NCBI GenBank assembly: GCA_046290465.1
Contig: JBKAGP010000001.1
Location: forward strand, 3,488,001 to 3,552,000
Reading direction: 5' to 3'
DNA length: 64,000 nt
Source of the DNA: Planctomycetota bacterium
GTDB lineage: Bacteria > Planctomycetota > UBA1135 > UBA2386
The translations under genes were made by a program, and so were the position numbers. Within the stretch, counting starts at the first letter, position 1; each line of letters begins with the position of its first letter. Below the pieces are notes generated by a model that saw only the letters and a list, made by a program, of their open reading frames with translations, did not search any database and was not told the DNA's origin. Below, piece after piece: positions 9,740 to 20,436 of the stretch.

Positions 9740-11344
9740 CTACCTGGGCAGCCGGCTGCGAACCAGGGGCCCGGCATCCACGTCGGTGACTTGCCCCTCC
9801 TCGATCGTGACCTCCTTCTGCACGGCAGCCCAGCCATGCTTGCTGATGCGAAGCTGGTGCCGACCCAGGGGCATCGGCCAGAGCTGCTTGCCGGATGCTG
9901 CAGCCAACGTGAAGCCATCGCCTGACTCGAGCTCGACCGTCACCCCGACATCCGCGTCGAACGATGGGATCCTGAGCCACCCCAGAGGCCCCTTCAACGA
10001 AACGAGAGCAATCGCGGCTTGCCCTCGATCTCCATCTCGCACGTGCACCCTGACGCCTTCCACTTCGTCCATGACCTCGGGGCACATGACTCGGGACGTG
10101 AGCGTGTATTCCCCGACCGGTAGCTCGACTTGCCGGCCGCTCGTGATGGACCAGGACCTGCCCGCCTGATCGAGCAGGATCAGCGGGTGGTCGTGCACGA
10201 CGTCCAGGCCGGCCATCAGATCGACTCGGAGCCAACCGACGCTACCCGATGCGCGACGCAGCAAGTGGGGACGCGACCAACCGGCGATCGGCCGCACCTC
10301 GATCGAACCCTGATACAGCTCACCGCTGACGGCCGTCGCCATGACTCGAACGGTATCGCCTGTGTGCTCACCCAAGCTCGCCACGACGTAGGCGCGCGAA
10401 CCCGGCGCCCGCGTCGACCATTGCGACGCGAGATCCTTCGCGCGCCGGTACACCTGTCGGTCGACTGGCAGCCGGTCAGGATGGAACCTCCATGCCGCGA
10501 CCTCGACTCCGCCAGGAACGACCGCCCAGACACCCCAGGCTGGATGCATGACGATCTGCACCACCGCCACGTTCGGAGCCACCTCGACGAAGTAGCCGTC
10601 GTGCATGCCCAACCGCCACATCGCGCGCACGAAGGCTTCGGCCCCCGTCGGAATGCCGCCGATCACGGCCACCCCTCGTTCGTCCGTGGTTGCGCGATAG
10701 CAACTCGTCGTCAGCCACGGATTGTCGAATCCGCTCTCGGACCAGTCCCAGCCGTCGCGGCAACCGGCCTGATCCAACGACAGCTCGATCGGGCACCCCC
10801 CCAACGGAGCACCAGCGTCGTCGACGCAGTGCAACTCCAGACGACGCCCACTCCCGAGCAATACGACCTGCTCCGCGGGTCCGTCCGTCTCGACCCGGAG
10901 CTGTGCCGGTGCATACATGGGATGAAAGGCCACGAGTTCGTCACCGACCTGTTTCTCGGCAAGCTCGACCCAACCGTTCTCGTCGCTGACCAGGTCGATC
11001 GCACACGGCCCGGAAACGCACACGCGTTCTCCTGGCCGAAACAAGCGAACATCGCCGACGGGACGCTCATCCGGATCCACGAACCGGATGCGGAACGCCG
11101 GCTTGCGAACGCCTTCGACGGACTGGGCTTCCGCCGGCTGCGCCTCGACCCGAACCAGGGTCTCGGGATCTCCTTGCAGGCTCCCTGACCGCTCCATGCC
11201 ACCAGCATCGTGCGACGCCGCCCCCACCGAGGACGCACGTGCATCGCCTTGCGATCGCGAGGTCGCCCAGAGGATCAGCGCCACGAGACATGCAAGGACC
11301 AGGATCACGGCAACGGCCGCCCTGCGTCTCGCCAATTCGTTCAT
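9740..11344 (-). CDS. Membrane-anchored carboxypeptidase-regulatory-like protein with atypical codon usage
   Basis: N-terminal TM (AVAVILVLACLVALILWA), VDDAGAPLGG / TTDERGVA motifs, PEGA-like C-terminus. Confidence 0.6.
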   Translation of the reverse strand: MNELARRRAAVAVILVLACLVALILWATSRSQGDARASSVGAASHDAGGMERSGSLQGDPETLVRVEAQPAEAQSVEGVRKPAFRIRFVDPDERPVGDVRLFRPGERVCVSGPCAIDLVSDENGWVELAEKQVGDELVAFHPMYAPAQLRVETDGPAEQVVLLGSGRRLELHCVDDAGAPLGGCPIELSLDQAGCRDGWDWSESGFDNPWLTTSCYRATTDERGVAVIGGIPTGAEAFVRAMWRLGMHDGYFVEVAPNVAVVQIVMHPAWGVWAVVPGGVEVAAWRFHPDRLPVDRQVYRRAKDLASQWSTRAPGSRAYVVASLGEHTGDTVRVMATAVSGELYQGSIEVRPIAGWSRPHLLRRASGSVGWLRVDLMAGLDVVHDHPLILLDQAGRSWSITSGRQVELPVGEYTLTSRVMCPEVMDEVEGVRVHVRDGDRGQAAIALVSLKGPLGWLRIPSFDADVGVTVELESGDGFTLAAASGKQLWPMPLGRHQLRISKHGWAAVQKEVTIEEGQVTDVDAGPLVRSRLPR

Positions 11345-11527
11345 CTGCCAACCTCCACTCACGACTCGTTGGTTGGATCCGTTGCCTGCGCGATGACGTG
11401 CGCTCGATCGCCATGACGACCAACTCCCACATGACCACGAGCGGCGCCGCGAAGAGGATACGCGATGGCCCGGACCGCGGGGATCCCCTCAACCCCTGCG
11501 TGCACACCTGCCGATGGCTCCGATGCC

Positions 11528-12343
11528 ATGGAAGACGGCGACATCCTGGACGCGTTCGACGACGCCGAAGACCTGAAGAAGTCGATCCAGCAGGGCGAGA
11601 ACGGCCCGTGGAACGACGACTCGGCGGTGTTCGAGGACCCGAAGCTGGCGGAGCTGCAGAAGGACCTCGCGGAACCGAAGCAGACCGACTACCAGCAGCG
11701 GCGCATGCAGGAGATGCAGCGTCGCGCGGCGGCGGCCCAGAAGGAAGCCGAGCGCAAGGCGCGCACCGACTTCGAGGTCGCGCCGTCGACGACCGCTTGG
11801 ACCGGAGACCAGGACGAAGCGGCCGGCACCGAGGCTCCGCAATGGAGCGAGACGCCGGTCTGGGACGAGCACGGCGGCTGCGCGGCACCGGTCGAACGCC
11901 GCTCCCCCAACGGCCGGCCGGACCCGAACAGCCCGGTCGTACACGCCCGCCGGGCGACCGACCGCGCGCCGCAGGAGAAGCCCCAGCTGACGCCGGCGAG
12001 CACGCCCGAACAGAGCCTGGTGGTGCACTACGCGCCGTCGGTGTTCGCCGCGGTGCTGGTGTTCGTCGCGGCGACGGTCGTGCACGGCACGCTCGATGGC
12101 TGGCACCTCGACCTGATCGCGCGCGCGGTGGTCGCGATGGGCGCCACCGGAGTGCTGTGGCGCCGTTTCCAGACCGGCAGGCTGCGCGCGATGGCGATCG
12201 GCGCCGCCGCCTACACCGCGGCGTTCGTGCCGTCGGACCGGCTCGGCACGCCGGAGAACATGTTCGCGCTGACGCTCGGCCTGCTGGCCGTCGCCGCTGG
12301 CTCCGGCCTGGTCGGCGTGCAGCGCGACGACTTCGCCAGATAG
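11528..12343 (+). CDS. Hypothetical membrane protein (acidic N-terminus, about four C-terminal TM helices)
   Basis: Typical codon usage from MEDGDILDAF; hydrophobic C-terminal segments. Confidence 0.65.
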   Translation: MEDGDILDAFDDAEDLKKSIQQGENGPWNDDSAVFEDPKLAELQKDLAEPKQTDYQQRRMQEMQRRAAAAQKEAERKARTDFEVAPSTTAWTGDQDEAAGTEAPQWSETPVWDEHGGCAAPVERRSPNGRPDPNSPVVHARRATDRAPQEKPQLTPASTPEQSLVVHYAPSVFAAVLVFVAATVVHGTLDGWHLDLIARAVVAMGATGVLWRRFQTGRLRAMAIGAAAYTAAFVPSDRLGTPENMFALTLGLLAVAAGSGLVGVQRDDFAR

Positions 12344-12357
12344 CGCTGCGTGCCGCG

Positions 12358-14241
12358 CTACTGGTCGAAGGTCGCGCGCCCCGCGTCCGACACCACGATG
12401 CCGAGCGGGTTGACGTAGTCGACCACCGCCCACTGGTGGAAGAACTCGAGGCCGACGTAGGCCGGGTTGCTCGGCAGGTTGAACGTGCCGCTCGCCGCGC
12501 CCTGGCCGTCGGTGATCTTGAGCTCGAGCAGTTCGGGCGAGACCAGCAGGTCACAGCCCGGCGCGCCCGGCAGCGCCACCGGCAGCGGCGCGCCGTTGTA
12601 GACGGTGTCCGACTGCCCGGTGACCAGCACCGCGAACGTGCTCGGCAGCGCGTTCGCCAGCGTGACGTCGTAGCTCGAGCCGAGGATCGGCGAACCGGCG
12701 TTGCCGAGTTCGGGCACGATCGTGTTGCCGCCGGTGCAGGTGACGCGGTAGGACGGCCGTTGCACCAGGCCCGACTGCGACCAGTTGCCGGTGACCGCGG
12801 TGCGGTAGTGGCCGACGCCGCCAGCACCCCCGGTCAGGTTGGAGATGACGCCGTCCGGCGAGTTCTCGTAGCCGATGTAGAACGTGCCGTTCACGGTCAC
12901 CGGCGACGCCAGCGTAGCGGTGTAGAAGCCGGCCGACGGACTGACGGTGATCGTCGTGCTCGCCAGCGGCGTCGTGTCGGGCCCGTTGCCGGTCGACGCG
13001 TAGACGTGCGCCGGGCGCGTGATCGTGCCGTTGGTCGACTCGGTGTAGATGTCGAACGCGCTGATCTGGATCGGCCCGGTCGTCGTCACCTCGTAGCAGT
13101 ACTCATACTGGTTGGTGTTGCCGGTCAGCGTGCCGCCGCCCGCGTTGAGTTCGGGGCACGGTGCGGTCACCGAGCCGGGGCAGCCCTGGCCGAAGTTGCT
13201 GAAGCTCGCACCGCTCGGGCGCACGATGTAGAGGCCGGTCGTGCGGTCCGAGATCAGGATGTTGCCCGACGGCAAGAACGGGTAGCAGCCCCAGCAGCCG
13301 TTGAAGCCGCCCGAAGCGCCGGGCCACGTGTCGTACGACGCGACCTCGACCGGGTTGCTCGGGTTGCTGATGTCGAGGCAGCGGTAGCCCTCGGTGTACC
13401 AGCTGACGTGCACCTTGTCGCCGACGATGAACGCGTTGTGCGGGATCGACGCCGGGTTCGGCGTGAACGAGCTCAGCCCGATCGGGTTCGACTTGTTGGT
13501 GATGTCGAAGATCCGGATCACGCCGCCGGCCACCTCGTCGGTCGTCACGCACAGCGTGCCCGCCGCGTTCGGCCACGCGTTGTGCGTGAAGTTGCCGGGG
13601 GTGCCGGTGTTGCTCAGCACCGGGTGCGGGAACGAGCTGGTATCCGAGATACGCAGGTCCCCGTTGTAGATCATCGAGCCGTAGAAGTAGCCGTTCTCGA
13701 CGCAGATGTCGTGGTAGTAGTTGCTGTTGCCGCTACCCGTCGTCGTGCCGATGTAGGTCGGGTTGGCCGGGTTGGCGTTGAGGTCCCAGACCGGCGTGCC
13801 GACGTTGGTGCCGGCGAGGTAGAGCAGGCCGGTGCCTTCGTCGATGCAGATGTTGTGCGCGTTGTTGGTCACCGACGTGCCGAACGCGCCGACCGCGGTC
13901 GGGCTGTTCGGGTTGCTGAGGTCGATGATCTGGAAGCCCGACGTCGACTCGGTCACCACGTAGGCGTAGTTGCCGAAGGTGCGGCAGTCGCGCCACGTCG
14001 ACGACCCGAACGGGAAGAAGCCTCGCTCGATCGGGGTCGCCGGGTTGCTGACGTCGACGACCACCGTGCCCGTCGTCGAGCACAGCAGCGCGTACTCGTC
14101 GCCGTTGGGCGCCGTGTAGCCCCAGATGTCGTTGAACGGGCCGTGGTTGTTGAACGTGCCGAGCAGGGCGCAGTTGACGCCTTGGGCGGAGATCGACGCG
14201 GCCAGGATGCCGGTCAGGAGGAGTGCCTTCTTCGTGAGCAT
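12358..14241 (-). CDS. Secreted choice-of-anchor B family protein (LVIVD-like repeats) with shared C-terminal domain
   Basis: Signal peptide MLTKKALLL...SISA-Q; NDIWGY..PNGDEYA, HNAW, PHN, SWYTEG, GCWGCYPFLPSGNILISD. Confidence 0.85.
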   Translation of the reverse strand: MLTKKALLLTGILAASISAQGVNCALLGTFNNHGPFNDIWGYTAPNGDEYALLCSTTGTVVVDVSNPATPIERGFFPFGSSTWRDCRTFGNYAYVVTESTSGFQIIDLSNPNSPTAVGAFGTSVTNNAHNICIDEGTGLLYLAGTNVGTPVWDLNANPANPTYIGTTTGSGNSNYYHDICVENGYFYGSMIYNGDLRISDTSSFPHPVLSNTGTPGNFTHNAWPNAAGTLCVTTDEVAGGVIRIFDITNKSNPIGLSSFTPNPASIPHNAFIVGDKVHVSWYTEGYRCLDISNPSNPVEVASYDTWPGASGGFNGCWGCYPFLPSGNILISDRTTGLYIVRPSGASFSNFGQGCPGSVTAPCPELNAGGGTLTGNTNQYEYCYEVTTTGPIQISAFDIYTESTNGTITRPAHVYASTGNGPDTTPLASTTITVSPSAGFYTATLASPVTVNGTFYIGYENSPDGVISNLTGGAGGVGHYRTAVTGNWSQSGLVQRPSYRVTCTGGNTIVPELGNAGSPILGSSYDVTLANALPSTFAVLVTGQSDTVYNGAPLPVALPGAPGCDLLVSPELLELKITDGQGAASGTFNLPSNPAYVGLEFFHQWAVVDYVNPLGIVVSDAGRATFDQ

Positions 14242-14369
14242 GGGAGAGGGGAGTGGGGCAACCGACAGGGTGCGACGGCGGCAGGCACCGCCGTCGCGGG
14301 GTTCGAGGGGATGCGACCCGGCGAGGCTCGTCGGCCCAGCTGGGTCGCTCGGCAGCTGGGTCGCTGGCC

Positions 14370-16262
14370 TTACTGGTCGATGGTCGCGCGACCGGCGTCC
14401 GAGACGACGATGTTGAGCGCGTTGACCTGGTCCCAGACCGCCCACTGGTGGTAGAGGCTGAGGCCGATGTTGGCGGGCGAGGCCGGGATGCTGAACGGCG
14501 CGCTGGCGGTGCCCTGCGCGTCGGTGATGAACAGCTCCAGCACGTCCGCCGCGACGAACAGGCTGCAGCCGGGCGCGCCGGGGATCGCGATCGGCAGCGG
14601 GGCGCCGTTGTAGACCTGGTCCGACAGACCCGAGACGCAGATCGCGAACGTCTGCGGGATCGCATCGGCCAGCGTCACGCTGTAGTTCGAGTTGAGCGTC
14701 GGCAGGCCCTGGTTGCCGATCGACGGCGTGATCGCGCCGCCGCCGGTGCAGTTGACGCGGTACGACGGGCGGTCGACCAGGCCCGAGCTGGTCCACTGCG
14801 CCGGCCCGTTGATCAGGTCACGGTAGTAGCCCGAACCCTGCTGGCCCGCCTGCAGCGAACTGATGATCACGTTGTTCGAGCTACTGTCGAGGCCGATGTA
14901 GAACGTGCCGTTGACCGCGACCGGCGCCGCAAACGTCGCGGTGTAGAACTGCGGCGACGTGCCGATCTGCATCGTCGTACTGGCGATCGGGCTCGCGCCC
15001 GGGCCACCGTTGACGTCCGGGTAGATGTGCACCGGGCGGTTGAGCGTGCCACCGGTCGTCTGCGTGAAGATGTCGACCGACGTGATGTTGATCGGGCCCG
15101 CCGACTGCGCGGTGTAGCAGTACTCGTTGTCGCGGGTGTCGCCCTCGAGCGAGCCGCCGCCCGGGTTGAGCTCCGGGCACGGCGCCGTGGCCGAGCCGGG
15201 GCAGCCCTGGCCGAACCTGGCGAAGTTCGCGCTGGTCGGGCGCACGATGTAGAGACCGGTCGCGCGGTCCGACACCAGGATGTTGCCCGACGGCAAGAAC
15301 GGGTAGACGCCCCAGGCGCCGTTGAAGCCGCCCGACGGGCCCGGCCACGTGTCGTACGACGCGACCTCGACCGGGTTGGCCGGATCGCTGATGTCGATGC
15401 AGCGGTAGCCCTCGGTGTACCAGCTGACGTGCACCTTGTCGCCGACGATGAACGCGTTGTGCGGGATCGACGCCGGGTTCGGCGTGAACGAACTCAGCCC
15501 GATCGGGTTCGACTTGTTGGTGATGTCGAAGATCCGGATCACCCCGCCAGTCACCTCGTCGGTCGTCACGCACAGCGTGCCCGCCGCGTTCGGCCACGCG
15601 TTGTGCGTGAAGTTGCCGGGCGTCTGCGTGTTGCTGAGCACGGTCTGCGGGAACGTGCTCGCGTCGGCGATGCGCAGGTCGCCGTTGTAGATCATCGAGC
15701 CGTAGAAGTAGCCGTTCTCGACGCAGAGGTCGTGGTAGTAGTTGCTGTTGCCGCTGCCGCCGGCGCTGCCGAGGTAGGTCGGGTTGGCCGGGTTGGTGTT
15801 GAGGTCCCAGACCGGCGTGCCGGCGTTGGAACCGACCAGGTAGAGCAGGCCGGTCGCGGTGTCGACGCAGACGTTGTGCGCGTTGGTCGTGACCGACGTG
15901 CCGAACGTGCCGACCGCGGTCGGGCTGTTGGGATTGGTGAGGTCGATGATCTGGAAGCCCGACGTCGCCTCGGTCACCACGTACGCATAGTTGCCGAACG
16001 TGCGGCAGTCGCGCCACGACGACGAGCCGAACGGGAACCAGCCGCGCTCGATCGGGGTCGCCGGGTTGCTGACGTCGACGACCACCGTGCCCGTCGTCGA
16101 GCACAGCAGCGCGTACTCGTCGCCGTTGGGTGCCGTGTAGCCCCAGACATCGTTGAAGGGACCGTGGTTGTTGAAGGTGCCGAGCAGGGCACAATTCACG
16201 CCTTGGGCGGAGATCGACGCGGCAAAGATGCCGGCCGCAAGGAGGGCTTTCTTCATCTGCAT
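14370..16262 (-). CDS. Secreted choice-of-anchor B family protein, tandem paralog of 12358..14241
   Basis: Same motifs (NDVWGY, GAWGVYPFLPSGNILVSD); alternative start at 16256. Confidence 0.85.
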   Translation of the reverse strand: MQMKKALLAAGIFAASISAQGVNCALLGTFNNHGPFNDVWGYTAPNGDEYALLCSTTGTVVVDVSNPATPIERGWFPFGSSSWRDCRTFGNYAYVVTEATSGFQIIDLTNPNSPTAVGTFGTSVTTNAHNVCVDTATGLLYLVGSNAGTPVWDLNTNPANPTYLGSAGGSGNSNYYHDLCVENGYFYGSMIYNGDLRIADASTFPQTVLSNTQTPGNFTHNAWPNAAGTLCVTTDEVTGGVIRIFDITNKSNPIGLSSFTPNPASIPHNAFIVGDKVHVSWYTEGYRCIDISDPANPVEVASYDTWPGPSGGFNGAWGVYPFLPSGNILVSDRATGLYIVRPTSANFARFGQGCPGSATAPCPELNPGGGSLEGDTRDNEYCYTAQSAGPINITSVDIFTQTTGGTLNRPVHIYPDVNGGPGASPIASTTMQIGTSPQFYTATFAAPVAVNGTFYIGLDSSSNNVIISSLQAGQQGSGYYRDLINGPAQWTSSGLVDRPSYRVNCTGGGAITPSIGNQGLPTLNSNYSVTLADAIPQTFAICVSGLSDQVYNGAPLPIAIPGAPGCSLFVAADVLELFITDAQGTASAPFSIPASPANIGLSLYHQWAVWDQVNALNIVVSDAGRATIDQ

Positions 16263-16392
16263 GGGGAGATCGTGGAGTCTTGGCGCAGACTCGAGGCGGG
16301 GTGGCAGATCTACTGTATGCGACGCGCGCCCAGGCACCAATCGGCCCCGGGCAGCAAGGCGACGGCGAGCGCCGCTTGATTACGGGCAACCG

Positions 16393-16647
16393 CTAGGAGC
16401 GCGTCCATGTAGTGGACGCGCTGCCGACCGTGATCGCGGAAGCGGCGTGTACGCGTGCGGACGGGGCTTTGCCCACTAGGAGCGCGTCCATGTAGTGGAC
16501 GCGCTGCCAACCGTGATCGCGGAAGCGGCGTGCACGCGTTGCGGACGGGGCTTTGCCCACTAGGAGCGCGTCCATGTAGTGGACGCGCTGCCAACCGTGA
16601 TCGCGGAAGCGGCGTGCACGCGTTGCGGACGGGGCTTTGCCCACTAG
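16393..16647. repeat. Tandem array of three 83-84 bp REP/BIME-like units
   Basis: Units start with CTAG at 16393, 16476 and 16560, with a final CTAG at 16644. Each unit contains the palindrome AGCGCGTCCA-TGTAG-TGGACGCGCT. Confidence 0.9.
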
Positions 16648-18311
16648 CGAATCTCGAACCGCCAGCCCGGCGGCAGCTGGATCGGCGGCGCCTGGATCGT
16701 CAGCGGCAGCACGGCGGCCTGCACGATCAGCTGGGCGCCGTAGAGCAGCGGCTGGTTGGGGACCTGCCAGGACGTGCCCTGCTGGCCGGTGTAGATGCCC
16801 GGCAGGAACACGATCTGCGCCGGGTCCATGTAGACGTGGTACGGCGGTGGCAGCGGCGAGACGAACTGCGGCACGACGCCGAGCGCGAACGCCCCGACCA
16901 GGCCGGTCGGCAGGTCCATCGAGAACTGGATCGCGCCGCCGAACGGCGCGTCGTCGGGCGCGACCTCCATCGATCCCAGCTGCGCCTGGGCCAGCGACGC
17001 GGTCGCGCTGACTCCGGCGCCCGGGCTGGCGACATAGCAGCCGTTGGTGGTGATCAGCCCCGCGGCAGTCGCGGCGCCGGTCGAGCCGCCTTCGAAGCTC
17101 GAGCCGACGAACGACACCGGGCCGGTGCCGAGCGACTCGACGACGCAGTCGGTGAAGCGCGACTCGGTGACCTCGAAGGCCTGGCCGGCCTCGGTCGAGA
17201 ACGAGACCGCGCCGTCGCGGCAGCGCAGGTTGCGCACGTCGAGCGACAGCGGCGCACCGCCGGTCGCGACGGTGACGTCGCCGACGCAGCGGAACTCGCG
17301 CAGATGGCCGTAGAGCTGGTCGCCGACGGCACCGAGTTCGAGCGCGACGCCGCCGGGCGGCGCCAGCAGGTTCCACATCGAGCACTGCAGCCAGGTCACC
17401 GCGTCGCTGGCGCCATCGATGCGCGCGCACAGCGGCGACCGCACGCGCAGGTGCGTGCCCTCGACCAGCAGCGGCCGGCCGTTCGTCGACGGAGCCGCGA
17501 GGTCGACGCCGGTGCCGGTGCACTCGACGACGCAGCGGTCGAGCGTGAAGCGCGCGGTGCCGCCGGTGCCGACATCGAAGTCGAACCCGGTCGCAGCGCC
17601 CGTGACGCGCACGTCGCGCGCCTCGAAGATCGTGTCGCGATCGGCCGGCGAGTCGTCGAACGCGATCGCGTTCGGCACGTTCACGAAGCGGCAGTTCTCG
17701 ACGATGAAGCGACCGACGCCGCCGGGCAGCGTGCCGTCGACGTCGATGCCGAACTGGGCGAGGTTCTCGAACACGCAGTCGAGCACCGTCAGCCCGGGCT
17801 GGCCGGTCGCGTCCGACTGCACGACCTCGAGGCCGCTCGGACCACCGAGGAAGCGCAGGCCCTGGATCACCAGGCTGCTGCTGGTCGAGTGCAGGCCGTA
17901 GGTCAGCCCGGGGGCGCTCAGGTCGAGGGTCACGCGGCCGCCAGCGCCGCGGATGAACAGGCCGAACGGCGTGTTGACGATCGACTCGAAGTCCTGCTGC
18001 ACGGTGATCGTCGGGATCGCCTCGGAGTCGATGTCGATCCACGTCACGTCGGTCGTGACCGAGCCGGGCAGCAGGCTGACCTGCAGTTGCTCGGCGGCCG
18101 ACAGCTGGGTGACGGTGATCGTGCCGTTGTGCAGCTGGATCGCCTCGTTGAGCGACAGGAAGGCGTCGCCCAACGTGCCGTGCGAGAGCGCGTCGTTGAC
18201 GAACGCGATCTGGTGGAACGACGGCGGGTTGGCGGCCGGCAGCGGTGCCGGGATGCCGTCGGCCCCCGGGTGCCCCGCACAGGCGAGCAGGGAGAGAAGG
18301 GATGCAATCAT
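16644..18311 (-). CDS. Secreted parallel beta-helix (pectin-lyase-like) protein with CSLREA-like motif and a divergent copy of the shared C-terminal domain
   Basis: DAFLSLNEAIQLHN motif; repeats VLDCVFEN, VENCRF, LDRCVVE, VTESRFTDC. Confidence 0.65.
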   Translation of the reverse strand: MIASLLSLLACAGHPGADGIPAPLPAANPPSFHQIAFVNDALSHGTLGDAFLSLNEAIQLHNGTITVTQLSAAEQLQVSLLPGSVTTDVTWIDIDSEAIPTITVQQDFESIVNTPFGLFIRGAGGRVTLDLSAPGLTYGLHSTSSSLVIQGLRFLGGPSGLEVVQSDATGQPGLTVLDCVFENLAQFGIDVDGTLPGGVGRFIVENCRFVNVPNAIAFDDSPADRDTIFEARDVRVTGAATGFDFDVGTGGTARFTLDRCVVECTGTGVDLAAPSTNGRPLLVEGTHLRVRSPLCARIDGASDAVTWLQCSMWNLLAPPGGVALELGAVGDQLYGHLREFRCVGDVTVATGGAPLSLDVRNLRCRDGAVSFSTEAGQAFEVTESRFTDCVVESLGTGPVSFVGSSFEGGSTGAATAAGLITTNGCYVASPGAGVSATASLAQAQLGSMEVAPDDAPFGGAIQFSMDLPTGLVGAFALGVVPQFVSPLPPPYHVYMDPAQIVFLPGIYTGQQGTSWQVPNQPLLYGAQLIVQAAVLPLTIQAPPIQLPPGWRFEIR

Positions 18312-18528
18312 GGCGCGGTGGATCCCTCAGACGGGATCCGCAGGGAGGGCAGGCGAGGCCCCAGAAGGGTACTCGATGTCTTCGCAGAGGGTCAACGGGG
18401 CCAACCGGCACCGGGCGACGCCATCGCGCGTTCGCGGGCGAAGAAAGGGCGAGCGCTCGACGGAGGGGGCGATTCCGGAGCGCTCGGGGTGGGGCGCCGG
18501 CCGCAGCCGGCGCCCCGTCGGGCATCGC

Positions 18529-20436
18529 TTAGAGCGTGCCGATCTTGAAGCAGACCGCGTTGCTGAGCGTCAGGCCCAGCTGGTTGGGCGGCAGCTGGAT
18601 GTGCAGCGCCGCGCCCTGCGCGTAGACGTCGAAACCAGCCGTGGCGGCCGGCAGCGGGAACGGCAGGACGATCTCGCCCGGCAGGCTCGGATCCTCGAAC
18701 GCCGTGATGACGATCGGGGCCGGGTTCAGGCCCGGGTAGAACGGGCAGCCCGGCATGCCGATGACACCGAGGTCGACCGGGACCGGGTTGACGGTCGTGT
18801 TCAGCGCGAACAGGCCGATGTGGCCGATGCCCGCCGGGTAGGCCGGCAGGTTGCCCATGACGAGGTCGGCGTTGCCGTTCTCGACCGGACGGGTGGCCAG
18901 ATCCAGCGTCGGGGCCGACGAGCCGTCGCCCGAGACCGCGGCGCCCGGCAGGGCCGGGATGGCCGACCAGTCGGTCAGACCGCCGACCGGCTCACCGTTG
19001 CCGGCGCTGAAGCCGATGATGGCGTCGTTGCCGCCACCGTCGTTGGCCAGGTTCGGGCCGTAGGCGATGTTGACGACCGAGCCGTCTTGCGTGAACTCGA
19101 TCGACATGCTGCAGGTGACACCCGCGACGACCGGCCAGTTCGGGACGTTGTCCCACCAGATCATGACGCCGCCGAGGTTCGGGCTCGGCTCCATCACGTA
19201 GATGTCGCCACCCCCGGTCGGGTCGAGGTCGGTGTTGAAGACGCACCACTGCGTGGCGAGGTCACGGAACGGCACGATGCTCGCGTAGTTGGCGCCGTTG
19301 TAGTTGAACGACGTGTCGCTCGGGGCAACCGTGTCGAAGTAGACCTTGCCGTTCGAGTTGATGCCCAGCTCGGTGGCCATCAGGCCGCCGCCCGGGGCCG
19401 GCAGGGAGATCGGGAACGCCGGCGTGTAGCTGAACGTGCAGTCGTCGAGCGTGCCCGACGAGTTGGCGATCGGGACGGCCGCGCCACCACCTTGCGTCAG
19501 GTTGGTCGCACCAGCGGGCGGCGCGATGTACGGGATGCCGCCGTTGCTGATCTGGTAGAAGCCGCCGTTGGCCGACGGGGTCAGGATCGCCGTGTAGGCG
19601 GTGCTGGCCACGTCGATCGGCTGCGTGTTGGCCGCGATCTGCTCGTAGATCATGAACGGCAGGTCGTAGCAGCCACCGCCGATCGACTGCGACGCGCCGG
19701 CGTTCGGATCCGGCGTGTAGTCGAACGCGATGTTCGGCTGGTCGTTGAAGATGCCGCCGATCGCCGGGTTCGGGATCAGCACACCCGACGGGTCGACCTG
19801 CTGCCAGCCCGACGTCTGGATGTCGCCGTTGCTCATCTGGATGAACTGGTCGCTGCTGAGCGGGTCCGGCCAGTTGGCGGGCGAGAAGCCGATGCAGGAG
19901 TGATCGCCCGGGTTCAGCAGCGGGACGTTCGTCTGCGGCAGCGAGGTGGTGCCCTGCCAGGTGGTCGGGATGTACTCGATGCAGAAGCCGTAGCTGCCCG
20001 CCGGGAGGACGAACGTGAACGGCGCGTTGGTGACCGGGTCCTTGAAGTTGGTGGTGACGCAGTCGCCGTTCCACGGAACGATCGTCATCTCACCCGTCGC
20101 GACGTGGGTCCAGTTGGCGGGAGTACCTTCCTGGCCGACGTGCGTGGTCGGGGTCGTGTAGATGCGGACTTCGGCGACGTTGCCGCTCTGGTCCGGAGGA
20201 GTCGTCGAGCCGGCACCCTGACTGTAGGTCGTGGTGTAGATCTCGTTGATCGTCAGCGGAGCATCGACGGCGAGGTCGACGTACTGGTTCAGCGTGTCGC
20301 CGTTGGCGCTCGCGTAGTAGAAGCTGACGGCCCACGGATCGAACGTTCGGATCGTGGACGGGTTGAGGGCGTTGCACTGCGCGAACGCAGCGCCGGCGGT
20401 GGCCATAACGGCCAACGCAATCTTCGAGGTTTGCAT
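18529..20436 (-). CDS. Secreted protein of unknown function with shared C-terminal domain
   Basis: Signal peptide MQTSKIALAVMATAGAAFA-Q; C-terminus GMPGCPF...VYAQG...NQLGLTLSNAVCFKIG. Confidence 0.8.
   Translation of the reverse strand: MQTSKIALAVMATAGAAFAQCNALNPSTIRTFDPWAVSFYYASANGDTLNQYVDLAVDAPLTINEIYTTTYSQGAGSTTPPDQSGNVAEVRIYTTPTTHVGQEGTPANWTHVATGEMTIVPWNGDCVTTNFKDPVTNAPFTFVLPAGSYGFCIEYIPTTWQGTTSLPQTNVPLLNPGDHSCIGFSPANWPDPLSSDQFIQMSNGDIQTSGWQQVDPSGVLIPNPAIGGIFNDQPNIAFDYTPDPNAGASQSIGGGCYDLPFMIYEQIAANTQPIDVASTAYTAILTPSANGGFYQISNGGIPYIAPPAGATNLTQGGGAAVPIANSSGTLDDCTFSYTPAFPISLPAPGGGLMATELGINSNGKVYFDTVAPSDTSFNYNGANYASIVPFRDLATQWCVFNTDLDPTGGGDIYVMEPSPNLGGVMIWWDNVPNWPVVAGVTCSMSIEFTQDGSVVNIAYGPNLANDGGGNDAIIGFSAGNGEPVGGLTDWSAIPALPGAAVSGDGSSAPTLDLATRPVENGNADLVMGNLPAYPAGIGHIGLFALNTTVNPVPVDLGVIGMPGCPFYPGLNPAPIVITAFEDPSLPGEIVLPFPLPAATAGFDVYAQGAALHIQLPPNQLGLTLSNAVCFKIGTL

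Noticed and set aside
16393..16647. Possible CRISPR array
   Set aside because: The sequences between the palindromes are near-identical rather than unique spacers, and no cas genes are present
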